This document shows, piece by piece, positions 13,448 to 23,791 of a stretch of DNA of 64,000 nt. The notes below the pieces were generated by a model. The model was not told the origin of the DNA. It worked only from the letters and a program-made list of their open reading frames with translations, and did not search any database. The DNA is from Trichoplax adhaerens (Eukaryota > Animalia > Placozoa), in assembly GCF_000150275.1 (NCBI RefSeq), contig NW_002060944.1, positions 8,704,159 to 8,768,158 of the forward strand. Reading direction: 5' to 3'. The translations under genes were made by a program, and so were the position numbers. Each line of letters starts with the position of its first letter. Position 1 is the stretch's first letter.

Positions 13448-16400
13448 AGATATAATTGTAATATAGCAATAACTGTGTAGCTAGAGTAAATAATGATTCG
13501 ATATTCATGAACGTAATATTACACAAAATATGGATAGAGCATCCTTTGATCGATGATAATATATTAAGACCGTTCTTGTCAGGTACAAAGCAACTATCTT
13601 ACGAGGAATACTTTAGATCATGTATGCAAATGATATACGTACTGCACGGTATTGTATATTATAACTACCCTATACTGGCACAGTTTTTGTAAACTATCCA
13701 AAATTGTTGACACAATAATTAGATGGCTAAAATTTTCGATTTCTATGAATTGCATTGTTTTATTCATGTTAAGGTATGAATACTGCATTAGCACTGAGGA
13801 ATTTATTGTCAGCGATATTGAATGTCTACTGTATGATATTAGTGAAGTTAGATCTAAGTTCATACATTTACTACAGCATATTTTTTTTTATAATATATCA
13901 CAATAATAATCTTTACTAGTTATCTCAAATGGCCTACGGCTAGTGCAGTAAGATGTAGATTTAGTCACATCTGAAATCAAAAATTCCTGGTCTATTGAAT
14001 TTTTATATACTGTAGCTGCTCGATTAAGCCGTAATATATATATTCTACGAAAATTCTTGTTTCTTTCGATAGGTCGTCGAAATAAAGTAGGAGGAATGAC
14101 AGCCTCGAGTTGATATTTATTTCATTCCTTTATTCCAATGTTTCGCTTTGAATTTAATCCGAGCAAAATTTCATAATATATGCATGAGGTTGTGTGAATA
14201 TCCATCCAAAAAAGAATAAAATATCTAAATGATTCAATTATTTCTTAATTAAAAATCCGGCAACATCTTTGTATGGCGAATATAATATCATTTATCATAA
14301 TATAAAATTTTGCGATTCTCTTTTGTCGTCGATTATATTTCCAGTTACACATTAGCTATTAATGCTTAAAGATTACAAATTTTTTCAACTGAATTTCGTT
14401 ATGAAATATTCAATTTATTTTAATAGTACTTTATCCATTCCCACTATCGAAGTTTGAGACATTGTAAATATAATAAAATGTTGCCTTTATGATAGATAAT
14501 CATGAATTCATAAATTTTTTGCGATGAATAACTCTGCATAGTATGCTGAGATTTTCCGGGTAATAGAAGCAGATTTTTTACGCTCCGTTTTTACATTTTT
14601 TTCTATCGAGCTATATCCAAACTTAATCTTAGATTCCTTCTACTGATTATGCAAGAATAAATACTAATTATTCATAATAAATATTTACCAATTTGACAAA
14701 GATAGGGCTGAAATTTATTAAATTCTCGTTTTAGTAGTGCAGTATACCAGTATTTCAAAGTGTAGGTTTATAATTTTATAGTTCATATTATTAACCTATA
14801 GATAATTTGGAATATCCTGATTGTATCTACGCTGTTATTGAAAAATAGTTGTGTCTTTATGATACTCTGTCCCAATTACGAGATTTTAATTGGTTCGATA
14901 AAAATTTATGATGCAGTAAGGACATGGCAGAAATGTTTGTAGGTACATTACAGTACAGCACGTACACATGATTTCGAAAATTTTACATAATAATCCCAAG
15001 GTAGTGGGGTGTGAGTGACAAGGTAATAACGTATTTTCTATTTATTATTTTTATATTTGTGACGTTCTATAAATAAGTACTTATTTCAATAGAAATTTGT
15101 TAGCAGTGTGTAATAGAGCGTAAATCCAGTTTACTTCTATTTCGATCGGCGGAATCTATCTAACAAATCCCTTTACACCCCCTTATGATACTTGAAGCAC
15201 AGATGAAAAATATCCTTGACATTTGGCAGCGCACCTCAAATCATGATTATCAGCCATATGAATATTGATTAAGGTATTAAAAATAAAAAGGATCTAAATG
15301 AAGACTATAATAGTCAGGAATGAGATCGACATGAGAGATAAGTATTGATTCAGAACAGAAGTCATGAATTTAAAGGGTATAGCTCATATGATGCAATAAT
15401 GTAGCATAGCTGGTTGAATGGACGTCAATAACTTACCTAGTCGGCTGCCCTTGTCAATTGTATAGTTGCAGTATTTTATCAATTTATCTTGCAAAGTACA
15501 ATCGGGAACATGCACTACTGAAAAATCTTCTTTTAAGACTTCACGATGTGGAATTAGTGACCTTGAGGTTGAGTTATTTGGGCATTCATATGGGTGTACC
15601 GATTTTTAAACTGATAGCAATAGTTTAAAAACAAAATATTGGTGCTGAGTGATTTAGGAGAACAAGTTGACCGTATACTAGTGTACAGCCACTGCATATT
15701 TTTATTACTGTACTAGTACTACAGATTACGGTTTACAAATACGATACGCATTACGCCGTTATAATTAATAGTGAGTAGAAATATATGATAATTTGTTTAT
15801 TTAATATAATTATGTAAATTTATGATTGCGCAATTTGCATTTGTATCTAAGTATAGAAGTACAATTTGCCTTGCATATTTTCTTATACAGTAAAATTTAA
15901 AATTTTAAGATTATCTTTATTACCATTGTCAGTAGATCAGTGTCACCGTAAATTCTTTAACATATGCTTTAACATGCTTTTGATTAATTAATATGATCAA
16001 TAAGACTGTACCTCGTCGGCTCGAGTGATGCTTTCAGCAAAGTCTTGCGAACACTATTAACTGTAATCGGCGATCCAATTTAAAATTGTTTCAGTTTTAT
16101 CGCAAATCATAATTTACAATGTAATGTTTATAAACATAGCAGTAAAAATAATAACTTTGGTTTTATCATTGTTTCTACTGATGGCAATAAATGAGAGTTG
16201 ATTATATGAGACTAACTTTCTTTTTTACTCGTATTTATTACGGTAATTTGCAAAATAATAGATTTATCAATTATGTTTTGACGCGGATTACAGTAAGATG
16301 AGATTCCCCACGTATCGCTTGACATTTTATGGTAATTATGTATCTCCTAAAATTCTATTTATTCTACTTTAGCTAATTAACGGCAATAAATAATTTAATG

Positions 16401-16469
16401 TAATGCAACTACTGTACTTAATAGGATTATACTTAATACGGTATAGAAAGTGATAATAATTCTCAATAG

Positions 16470-17393
16470 CTATGCCTTATTAGTACGATTTAGAAGATTT
16501 TGAATGAGTGTTGCGAGGTTATGAGCACAGCGACGATCGAATCGAAAGAATAGTTCAGGCTCTAGTATTTCGAACTCTGATAGTAGTAATTGATTTTGAG
16601 AGTCGTATATAGCATCTACTCGAGCGTAAGCCGGTTTAGTCCTGCATTTCTCTACAACATTTTCGGCAAAATGACGTTCCTGATCCGATGCAGTATATGG
16701 AAAGACATACCCTCCATAGTCGTCTTGAATCTTAAATTCTCCTTTTTTAGCTACTTTAAGTACACTATGAGTTAGTTTACCATCGATGACCACAAAGGAC
16801 ATTTCGCCTTTTGTAGTATAAGCTTCCATAAATGGCTGGGCAAGCAATTCCTTCTGTGATATCAAATCTGTGAGAATACTCTTGTATTCATCGATTTCAT
16901 CGCGTTTTATCTTGAAAGTATTTTTGGCAGCAGCTGACACAGCCGGTTTAACGACTATAGTTTGTGTCTGGAGTTTATTAAAGATATTATCAATATTTCT
17001 TAGATCATTATTGCATAATTTTATCGTTTCCACGATAGGAATTTTCTTTTCTTGGAATTCAAATAAGTAATTTTTGTCTATATTCCACAAGCATAGATCT
17101 GCTGAATTAATTAAAATCGTCTTTTTCTCTGTTAGATGTATCCATTCTTTAAAACTTTCCCAATAATCGGAATAGTTCCATGTAGAGCGAATGATAGCAC
17201 AGCGTACAGTCTCCCATTCGAATGGAATATCCCAAGCAACACGTATTGCAGTTAATCCCACATTTCTTAGGCAATGGATGAGTAAGCTTTCTTCAAATCT
17301 AGACTGGATACGGTAGAAATCGTGATCGGGTAAATCTTGAAACCGGCTACTGTTACAAGATTCGGTTACAATTGCTACGTCAATCATTGTCAT
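16470..17393 (-). CDS. ATP-grasp ligase, DcsG/RimK/glutathione-synthetase-like, copy A (intronless, 307 aa)
   Basis: Motifs IRSTWNY, WNIDKNYL, VVKPAVSA, AQPF..GEMS, QDDYGG, YARVD and EFEILEPELF, typical of the bacterial DcsG-like ATP-grasp family. Confidence 0.88.
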   Translation of the reverse strand: MTMIDVAIVTESCNSSRFQDLPDHDFYRIQSRFEESLLIHCLRNVGLTAIRVAWDIPFEWETVRCAIIRSTWNYSDYWESFKEWIHLTEKKTILINSADLCLWNIDKNYLFEFQEKKIPIVETIKLCNNDLRNIDNIFNKLQTQTIVVKPAVSAAAKNTFKIKRDEIDEYKSILTDLISQKELLAQPFMEAYTTKGEMSFVVIDGKLTHSVLKVAKKGEFKIQDDYGGYVFPYTASDQERHFAENVVEKCRTKPAYARVDAIYDSQNQLLLSEFEILEPELFFRFDRRCAHNLATLIQNLLNRTNKA

Positions 17394-18373
17394 TCACGAT
17401 TCGTTTTCTTTTTCCTACACAATATTTCGACAATCAAATACTACGGTGCTACACTAGTTAATTAATTAAGTTAAGCCTTCCAGCGCTTAGTACTATCCTT
17501 AAGAAGAAATTTTTCAAAAACTAAGCGATTTTTTTAGCTTTAAAACCTTGCAAAGGAATAATGGATAGTGCTGGAACTGCAGGATAATGTCCATCTTGTG
17601 CGTTATTCGAAGACGGTTCGTTTGGAACCACTTTCATACCGGGTAAAATTTATTGTTTATATATAACAGGCTGGCGTTACCGACGTTGGCTGTAACATAT
17701 TGTGTTATTATATAATTACGGTATGCTAGTCCTATAATTATAATCCGTGGCGTGGCTAACAGACTGTGACTAATAGCGATGTTGGCCGTAACATATTGTG
17801 TTGTATCACACCAGCTTGCAAGAACCTGCTACTTCTCATCGCTGGAACAGCTCTATCCGTTCTCTTGTCCAAATTGAATATAATAATTAAATTTCATGCA
17901 GTGTCAGCCTTGTGTAGTGACAGGTATTTGCAAGCAAGGGTAAGTACCGTCCTGGACCATGATACAGTGTAAAAGAATAATTTGCTTCGCATATTTCCTT
18001 ATACCGTAATATTATTTAACTTCAGGGCTAATCATATTAATTATATAATTTTTCATCATTGTCAGAAGGATCAAAGATGGAAAGTAGCAGTCATGATTTT
18101 ATTATTGCATCGAATGATGACGGCAATAAGTATCAATTTATAATTACTTTGTTTACGCAGTTACTCAAAAGTTACTTGAAATTGATTTTATTTAAGTACG
18201 GAAATACAGAGTATGCAATAACTATGCATTCATCTTTCATTATAATTTACGCTGCATATCTATAGACTTGAATCAAACTATTATACGTAAACTATAATTT
18301 AAGATACTGCAACTACTTTGTATGATTATACTTTATATCGTGTGTAGAGTGATAATTATTCTCAATAGTTACT

Positions 18374-19294
18374 TTATACCTTATTAGTACGATTAAGAAT
18401 ATTTCGAATAACTGTTGCGAGGTTATCTGCACATCGTCGATCGAATCGAAAGAATAGTTCAGGCTCTAGTAGTTCGATCTCCGTTAAAAATAATTGATTT
18501 TGAGAGTCGTATATAGCATCTACTCGAGCGTAAGCCGGTTTAGTCCTGCATTTCTCCACAACATTTTCGGCAAAGTGACGTTCTTGATCCGATGCAGTAT
18601 ACGGAAAGACATACCCTCCATAGTCGTCTTGAATCTTAAATTCTCCTTTTTTAGCTACTTTAAGTACACTATGAGTTAGTTTGCCATCGATGACCATGAA
18701 GGACATTTCGCCTTTTGTAGTGTAAGTTTCCATAAATGGCTGGGCAAGCAATTCTTTCTGTGATATTAAGTCTGTGAGAACACTGTTGTATTCATCGATT
18801 TCATCGCGTTTAATCTTGAAAGTATTTTTGGCAGTTGCTGACACAGCCGGTTTAATAACTATCGTTTGTGTTTGAAGTTTATTAAAAATATTATCCGCAT
18901 TTTTGAGATCAGAATTGTTCAATTTTATCGTTTCCACGATAGGAATTTTCTTTTCTTGTAATTCAAATAAGTAATTTTTGTCTATATTCCACAAGCATAG
19001 ATCTGCTGAATTAATTAAAATGGTCTTTTTCTCTACTGTACGTATCCAATTTTCAAAACTTTCCAAGTTATCGATATAATTCCATGTAGAGCGAATGATC
19101 GCGCAGCGTACAGTCTCCCATTCGAATGGAATATCCCATGCAACACGTATTGCAGTTAATCCCACATTTCTTAAGCAATGGATGAGTAAGCTTTCTTCAT
19201 ATCTGGTCTGGATACGTGCAAAATCATCATCTGGTATATCCTGAAATCGGCTACTGTTGCAAGATTCGGTTACAATGGCAACGTCAATCATCAT
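18374..19294 (-). CDS. ATP-grasp ligase, DcsG/RimK-like, copy B (intronless, ~306 aa; ATG at 19294)
   Basis: Tandem paralog of copy A with the same motifs, an intact ORF and alignable flanks. Confidence 0.88.
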   Translation of the reverse strand: MMIDVAIVTESCNSSRFQDIPDDDFARIQTRYEESLLIHCLRNVGLTAIRVAWDIPFEWETVRCAIIRSTWNYIDNLESFENWIRTVEKKTILINSADLCLWNIDKNYLFELQEKKIPIVETIKLNNSDLKNADNIFNKLQTQTIVIKPAVSATAKNTFKIKRDEIDEYNSVLTDLISQKELLAQPFMETYTTKGEMSFMVIDGKLTHSVLKVAKKGEFKIQDDYGGYVFPYTASDQERHFAENVVEKCRTKPAYARVDAIYDSQNQLFLTEIELLEPELFFRFDRRCADNLATVIRNILNRTNKV

Positions 19295-19910
19295 TGACAA
19301 TTTATCTTTTTTAGCTCTACGCGTATTTCACAATCAAAACACTACAGTATTGCTCTAGTTCAACAAGAACGCGTCTAGAAATCATTCAACTGCGAGCAAT
19401 CGTACAGTACAACAGAGGATTAGCAGTTTATTTCATTTATTCTATAGCACAGTTCACTTTGCAGACAACTTGACGGATACTTGGTTGCACACAGTAAGTC
19501 AAAAAGTAGATCATTGGAGTTTTGCTGACTGGTGGCTAACAGTAGCTAGGGACGACAACTAGTCGTGCCCAGCGGGAAGGAAAATGGATCACGATGAACT
19601 CTGCATAGCTCATACAGTACAATATGGAGCTTGCTGCCACTATTGTTATACAAAATACAGTACAGTATTGCATAAAGTTGCATCACTTGCTTTTACTATG
19701 ACAACATACAGTACGTACAGTACCGTAAGCCTCAACGGTACAGTACTCGAAAATTGAATGGAATACTGTACTGTGGCCGACAACTGAGCGCTGACCACGC
19801 TGACAATATTCTGAGTACTATATATTCACTGCCACCAGCCTCCTGTAGTCTTGGCAATCTTCTAGATAGATCGAGTGACATGATTTATTAGGGATTTGTG
19901 GATGTCCGAC

Positions 19911-20240
19911 AGACAGGTTAGGAAGACATATATCTAGGAGTACATATCTTCCTAACCTATCCAATTATATATGATTATATTGATTTAAATTATTGTTCTT
20001 AATTGATAATAAATAGTGAGTCTATGTTGTCATGTACTATAGATTGTTATGCTATAATGTTTATTGCCATGTACGATCGGACAGGTTAGGAAGACATGTA
20101 TCTTGGGGAGTACATGTCTTCCAACTTGTCAGATTATATTTATTTAATAATAAAATAATTGTTCGTTATTACTAATCAATAAATGATGAGCCTATGTAGC
20201 CATGCAGATTGTTATGCTATAATATTGATTGTAATGTGGA
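19911..20240. repeat. Two diverged ~168-bp tandem units, each beginning with a ~50-nt hairpin
   Basis: gacaggttaggaagacat...atRtcttcc(t)aac at ~19912 and ~20080, each followed by an alignable AT-rich tail (agattgttatgctataat). Confidence 0.8.
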
Positions 20241-21823
20241 TACTAATATCAGGAAGATAAATTTGGGTTTGCTCATTTTACTGATATACTAAGTACCGTA
20301 TTTTGTGAACATGAGGAATTAATTGAGGTTCATTAAATGCAAGCTGTGCGAGCTGTACTTACTGGATATCATTAGTGCGATTTTACCAGCACAGTCACAA
20401 CGGCTGTCTGACAAACAGTTTCATCGATCTGCAAGATCCGCTCAGATGATATTTTCATCGCCAATACTGTTTGCATGCATGTTAGTGAATAAATGGCCTG
20501 TATTGATGAATGATGAAGTCTTTGACTAGTTATAACTTTCGCAATCGTCATAAATACAACTGAGTCCTCTAGAAGTATGGCAATACTCATACCATGATAT
20601 TTACTGTACTGCATAAGTGCATATTAGTGCTCTGTAATCCCACTTGGACTAAATCTCACTAATCGTTACTACGTGTACAGTGCATTTATTCATAACTTCG
20701 GTACAATCGGATACTCAAATTATTTTATGGGTGACCAATATACATGCTCGTATAGAGTGTAGATAAATAGTAATAAAATAAAATTATAATCATTCATTAA
20801 CTGTGAGTCAGTGATAAATTAGACAGTAAAGTACAAGTACTGTACGAGTGTACAGACGAGTATGATATAGTTACTGTAGTAAGCGAACGTATGAGCGCAT
20901 GATAAATCAGCACTTACTTCCAAACCTGCTTCGGGGTTTTATTGCACATCTCAATCAAGATGCAGTACAGTACTATACTATTAAGCATAGGAGTAACGAT
21001 CTCAGTTTTGCTATTATTATACATGAATTCGAAATCGTTACACCGATAATTGCAAGATTTCAAGACATTACTTGGTGAAAACAGGATTTTTACCGAGGAT
21101 AGTACATCAATTAGGCCATTCTTAATTAAAATATATAGCAACAACGATATCAGATAATGATAAGTAGATAACCATTGCAAATTTGAATAGACCTGAAACG
21201 TATACAGTACATACTCAGCAACTACTGTACTGAACATACGTGGAGATGGTACAGTAGTACAGCAAATTGTAACTATGTAGTAACGAATTCAAAGCAAAGA
21301 CATACAAAAATACATTGTATCTAATTATTGTTCTGTATTCTGCAACTTCCAACTACCAGTAAATTATGCAGTATTAAGCAGAGTTATAAGCTTGAATAAT
21401 GAACTTATAAGATAATGATATAATTGAGGAAAACATAATAACGTGAGACAATACTGGCTGCAATGCATATGTTTCGAATGGCGACGTATGGCATAGTACC
21501 ATCAGTAAGCCATCAGTCAGTTACTTCACATCACCGGTTACTGCAGTATAGTGTTCATCAGTGCGCAATGGCTTTACATACAGTAGTTGCAAGAAAGACC
21601 TATCCGTGCAGCATTGCATGCTGATTCAATCCATTTTACTAAATATTCTGCTTTACAAGGTATTACATATGTGTCAATCAAATTGTGTTATCACTTATTC
21701 ATCATCTACTACAACTGTATCACTACTTCATAACCCCTATTTGCAAAATCGGAAAGCCGACTATTTTACAAATAGAAGAAAAAATTTGTCGCTATTAAAA
21801 ATTGCAACTAACTATGAATGCAT

Positions 21824-22192
21824 TTATTTTTGAGGTTGTCCACTTTCCAGTCCTAATTGCTTGAACATACATTCATCATAAGCACGCTGAGAGGGCCGAC
21901 AATATTCAAATTCGTGATTATTGTGATCTAAGCAAGTCCAGTGTTTAGTAAAGTCTTCTCTACAACTGGCGTTGACTTTTTTAAAGAATTCAACAGCACA
22001 TTCGCTTACGCGGCGTCCTTGAGGCAAGCACTTTCTTGGATCGGTGGTTTCGTAGCGACATAACATAAATTCGTGGTTGGGCTTGTCACAATAATTTCCA
22101 TAATGGTACGCTGCTGCGGCGAGTACGGCCGACGTTACATTGACTTCTTCCACTACCAAGTCTGACACTGGAACATCTCTTGTAGAACTCAT
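21824..22192 (-). CDS. NDUFA8: NADH dehydrogenase 1 alpha subcomplex subunit 8 (intronless, ~122 aa)
   Basis: Four CX9C motifs plus EVNVTSAVLAAAAYHYG and DPRKCL. First ATG at 22192; the ORF track start is a GTG. Confidence 0.93.
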   Translation of the reverse strand: MSSTRDVPVSDLVVEEVNVTSAVLAAAAYHYGNYCDKPNHEFMLCRYETTDPRKCLPQGRRVSECAVEFFKKVNASCREDFTKHWTCLDHNNHEFEYCRPSQRAYDECMFKQLGLESGQPQK

Positions 22193-22419
22193 AACGACTA
22201 TTTCAGATCTTGACACAGCTAAATCACTCTTTGCTGTACGTTAGGCTTGTTCAGTATAGCACATAGGTTTAGAATGAACGACAGCATCCAATGAAGATAC
22301 TTTATTCCCAACTTTGCGCTGCTCTCGATTGCAGACCAGATTCTCAAGATGGCACTCGAAAGCGAGCGTTCTCCAAAGACAAGCGTGACGATGTCTGCAT
22401 CACTGTGTGCACTGCAGTG

Positions 22420-22940
22420 CCGTAGTTTCCACTGTACAATGTACCCTGTAGAGGCCAGGACTACAGTACTGTACTGTACTGTACAGTGCAAGAGGTAAAA
22501 GGAAAAAATTCCACATGAAACTGTACTGTACTGTACAGTACTGTACAGGGTTAGGGTTAGTACTGTGTAATTTGTAATTGACATACTGTACTGTACTGTA
22601 CACGCTGTAGGATTCTGAACCCAACACGCTAACATACTGTACTGTACTCGAACTGACGCCTGCGCACTTTGTCACTAAGAGTTTGTTGTAAATACAGTAC
22701 AGTAGATTATGCAGTTGCAGTGTTGCACAAATCCGTACAGTACTACTACACGGAGAAAGGATTCTGAACCCAACACGCTAACATACTGTACTGTACTGTA
22801 CTGTACAGTACACAACGTACAGTACAGTACAGTACTGTACAGTACATGTACGGTACTGTAGCCCTTATTACTGTACTCGAACTGACGCCTGCGCATTTTG
22901 TCACCAAGAGTTTGTTATTGATAAATTATGCAGTTGCCAT
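22420..22940. repeat. TACAG/TACTG pentamer arrays within a local duplication (units start at ~22611 and ~22760) in the NDUFA8/IFT54 divergent intergenic region
   Basis: The repeated backbone gattctgaacccaacacgctaaca...ctcgaactgacgcctgcgca..ttgtcac.aagagtttgtt is interrupted by variable pentamer runs. Confidence 0.9.
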
Positions 22941-23791
22941 AATTACGGTGGAGGAAAAAACTTCAGTTTGGTGTCTGCTCGCTCTTGTGCGTGAGAACTG
23001 TATAATGAATCATTTGAATCATCAAGTTAAAATAGACAGTACTCACAGTAGCAGGCTAACTGGTCGATGGCAATACGTGTATATCCTTTAGTGATAGGAT
23101 AGACAAACTGTCAAGTAGAATAAGTTGGTTCTTGCAGACGCATTGTACAGTATAGTTAGTAGACGTATACGTATTATCATTGAAAGTAATCATCACACAA
23201 AAATAGTAATAACGTCTTTTATGACGTTGAATGGTGAAAATTATTAGTTTCTCTCCAAGTTCTGTTACTAGCGAACATATTAGAAAAATTGGGCTCCAAG
23301 GCTTATAGCTGAGTGAAGAACTTAAGGTGATAGAGTAGCTAGCATTCAACTCAAAGTATTATTCAAAAAGATTGATGTTGATGCTACCATTTGGGAGTCA
23401 CGACATATTTGGCGATAAAATATTCGGCGGCTGATCGTTCCATTTATTGTTCAAATAACGCGAAAAGAAATAGCTACGGCAATTCTACAATCTACGCTGC
23501 TGGTAAAACCAAAATTCCGTGCAGATTGCTTTATTCTCAGTTGGCAAGTTGATATCACTAGCTAAGAAATCGAGATAGCTGATACATCACCTTGAATGAT
23601 CGATATTTATATGCTTTGGCAATTGCATCACATTGGCCTGAAACAGCATATCAGTAATTAAACAGCTTTGGGCAATCGCTCACCAGAAGTTAGCAAATTA
23701 ACATATTCCTAGTACAAGCTCCCATAAGTGTTTGAGTAACTACTTCTTGGACAAATCAATTGAAAAACTTAAAAATTTTACGGTATTTAAA

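Noticed and set aside
15437-15600. Minus-strand exon-like open frame ending at gtaagt
   Set aside because: In-frame stop just after the candidate acceptor, no partner exons and no recognisable homology.
16590-18679. Plus-strand ORFs at 16590, 16870 and 18494
   Set aside because: Antisense shadows of the ATP-grasp genes.
22219-22896. ORFs rich in YSTVQ/TVLYC (also at 28476-29240)
   Set aside because: These are translations of the pentamer arrays, which lack stop codons in several frames; they are not proteins.
22932-22946. RFX X-box-like GTTGCCATAATTAC upstream of IFT54
   Set aside because: Only a half-site match, about 850 bp from the ATG and present in one duplicate copy only.
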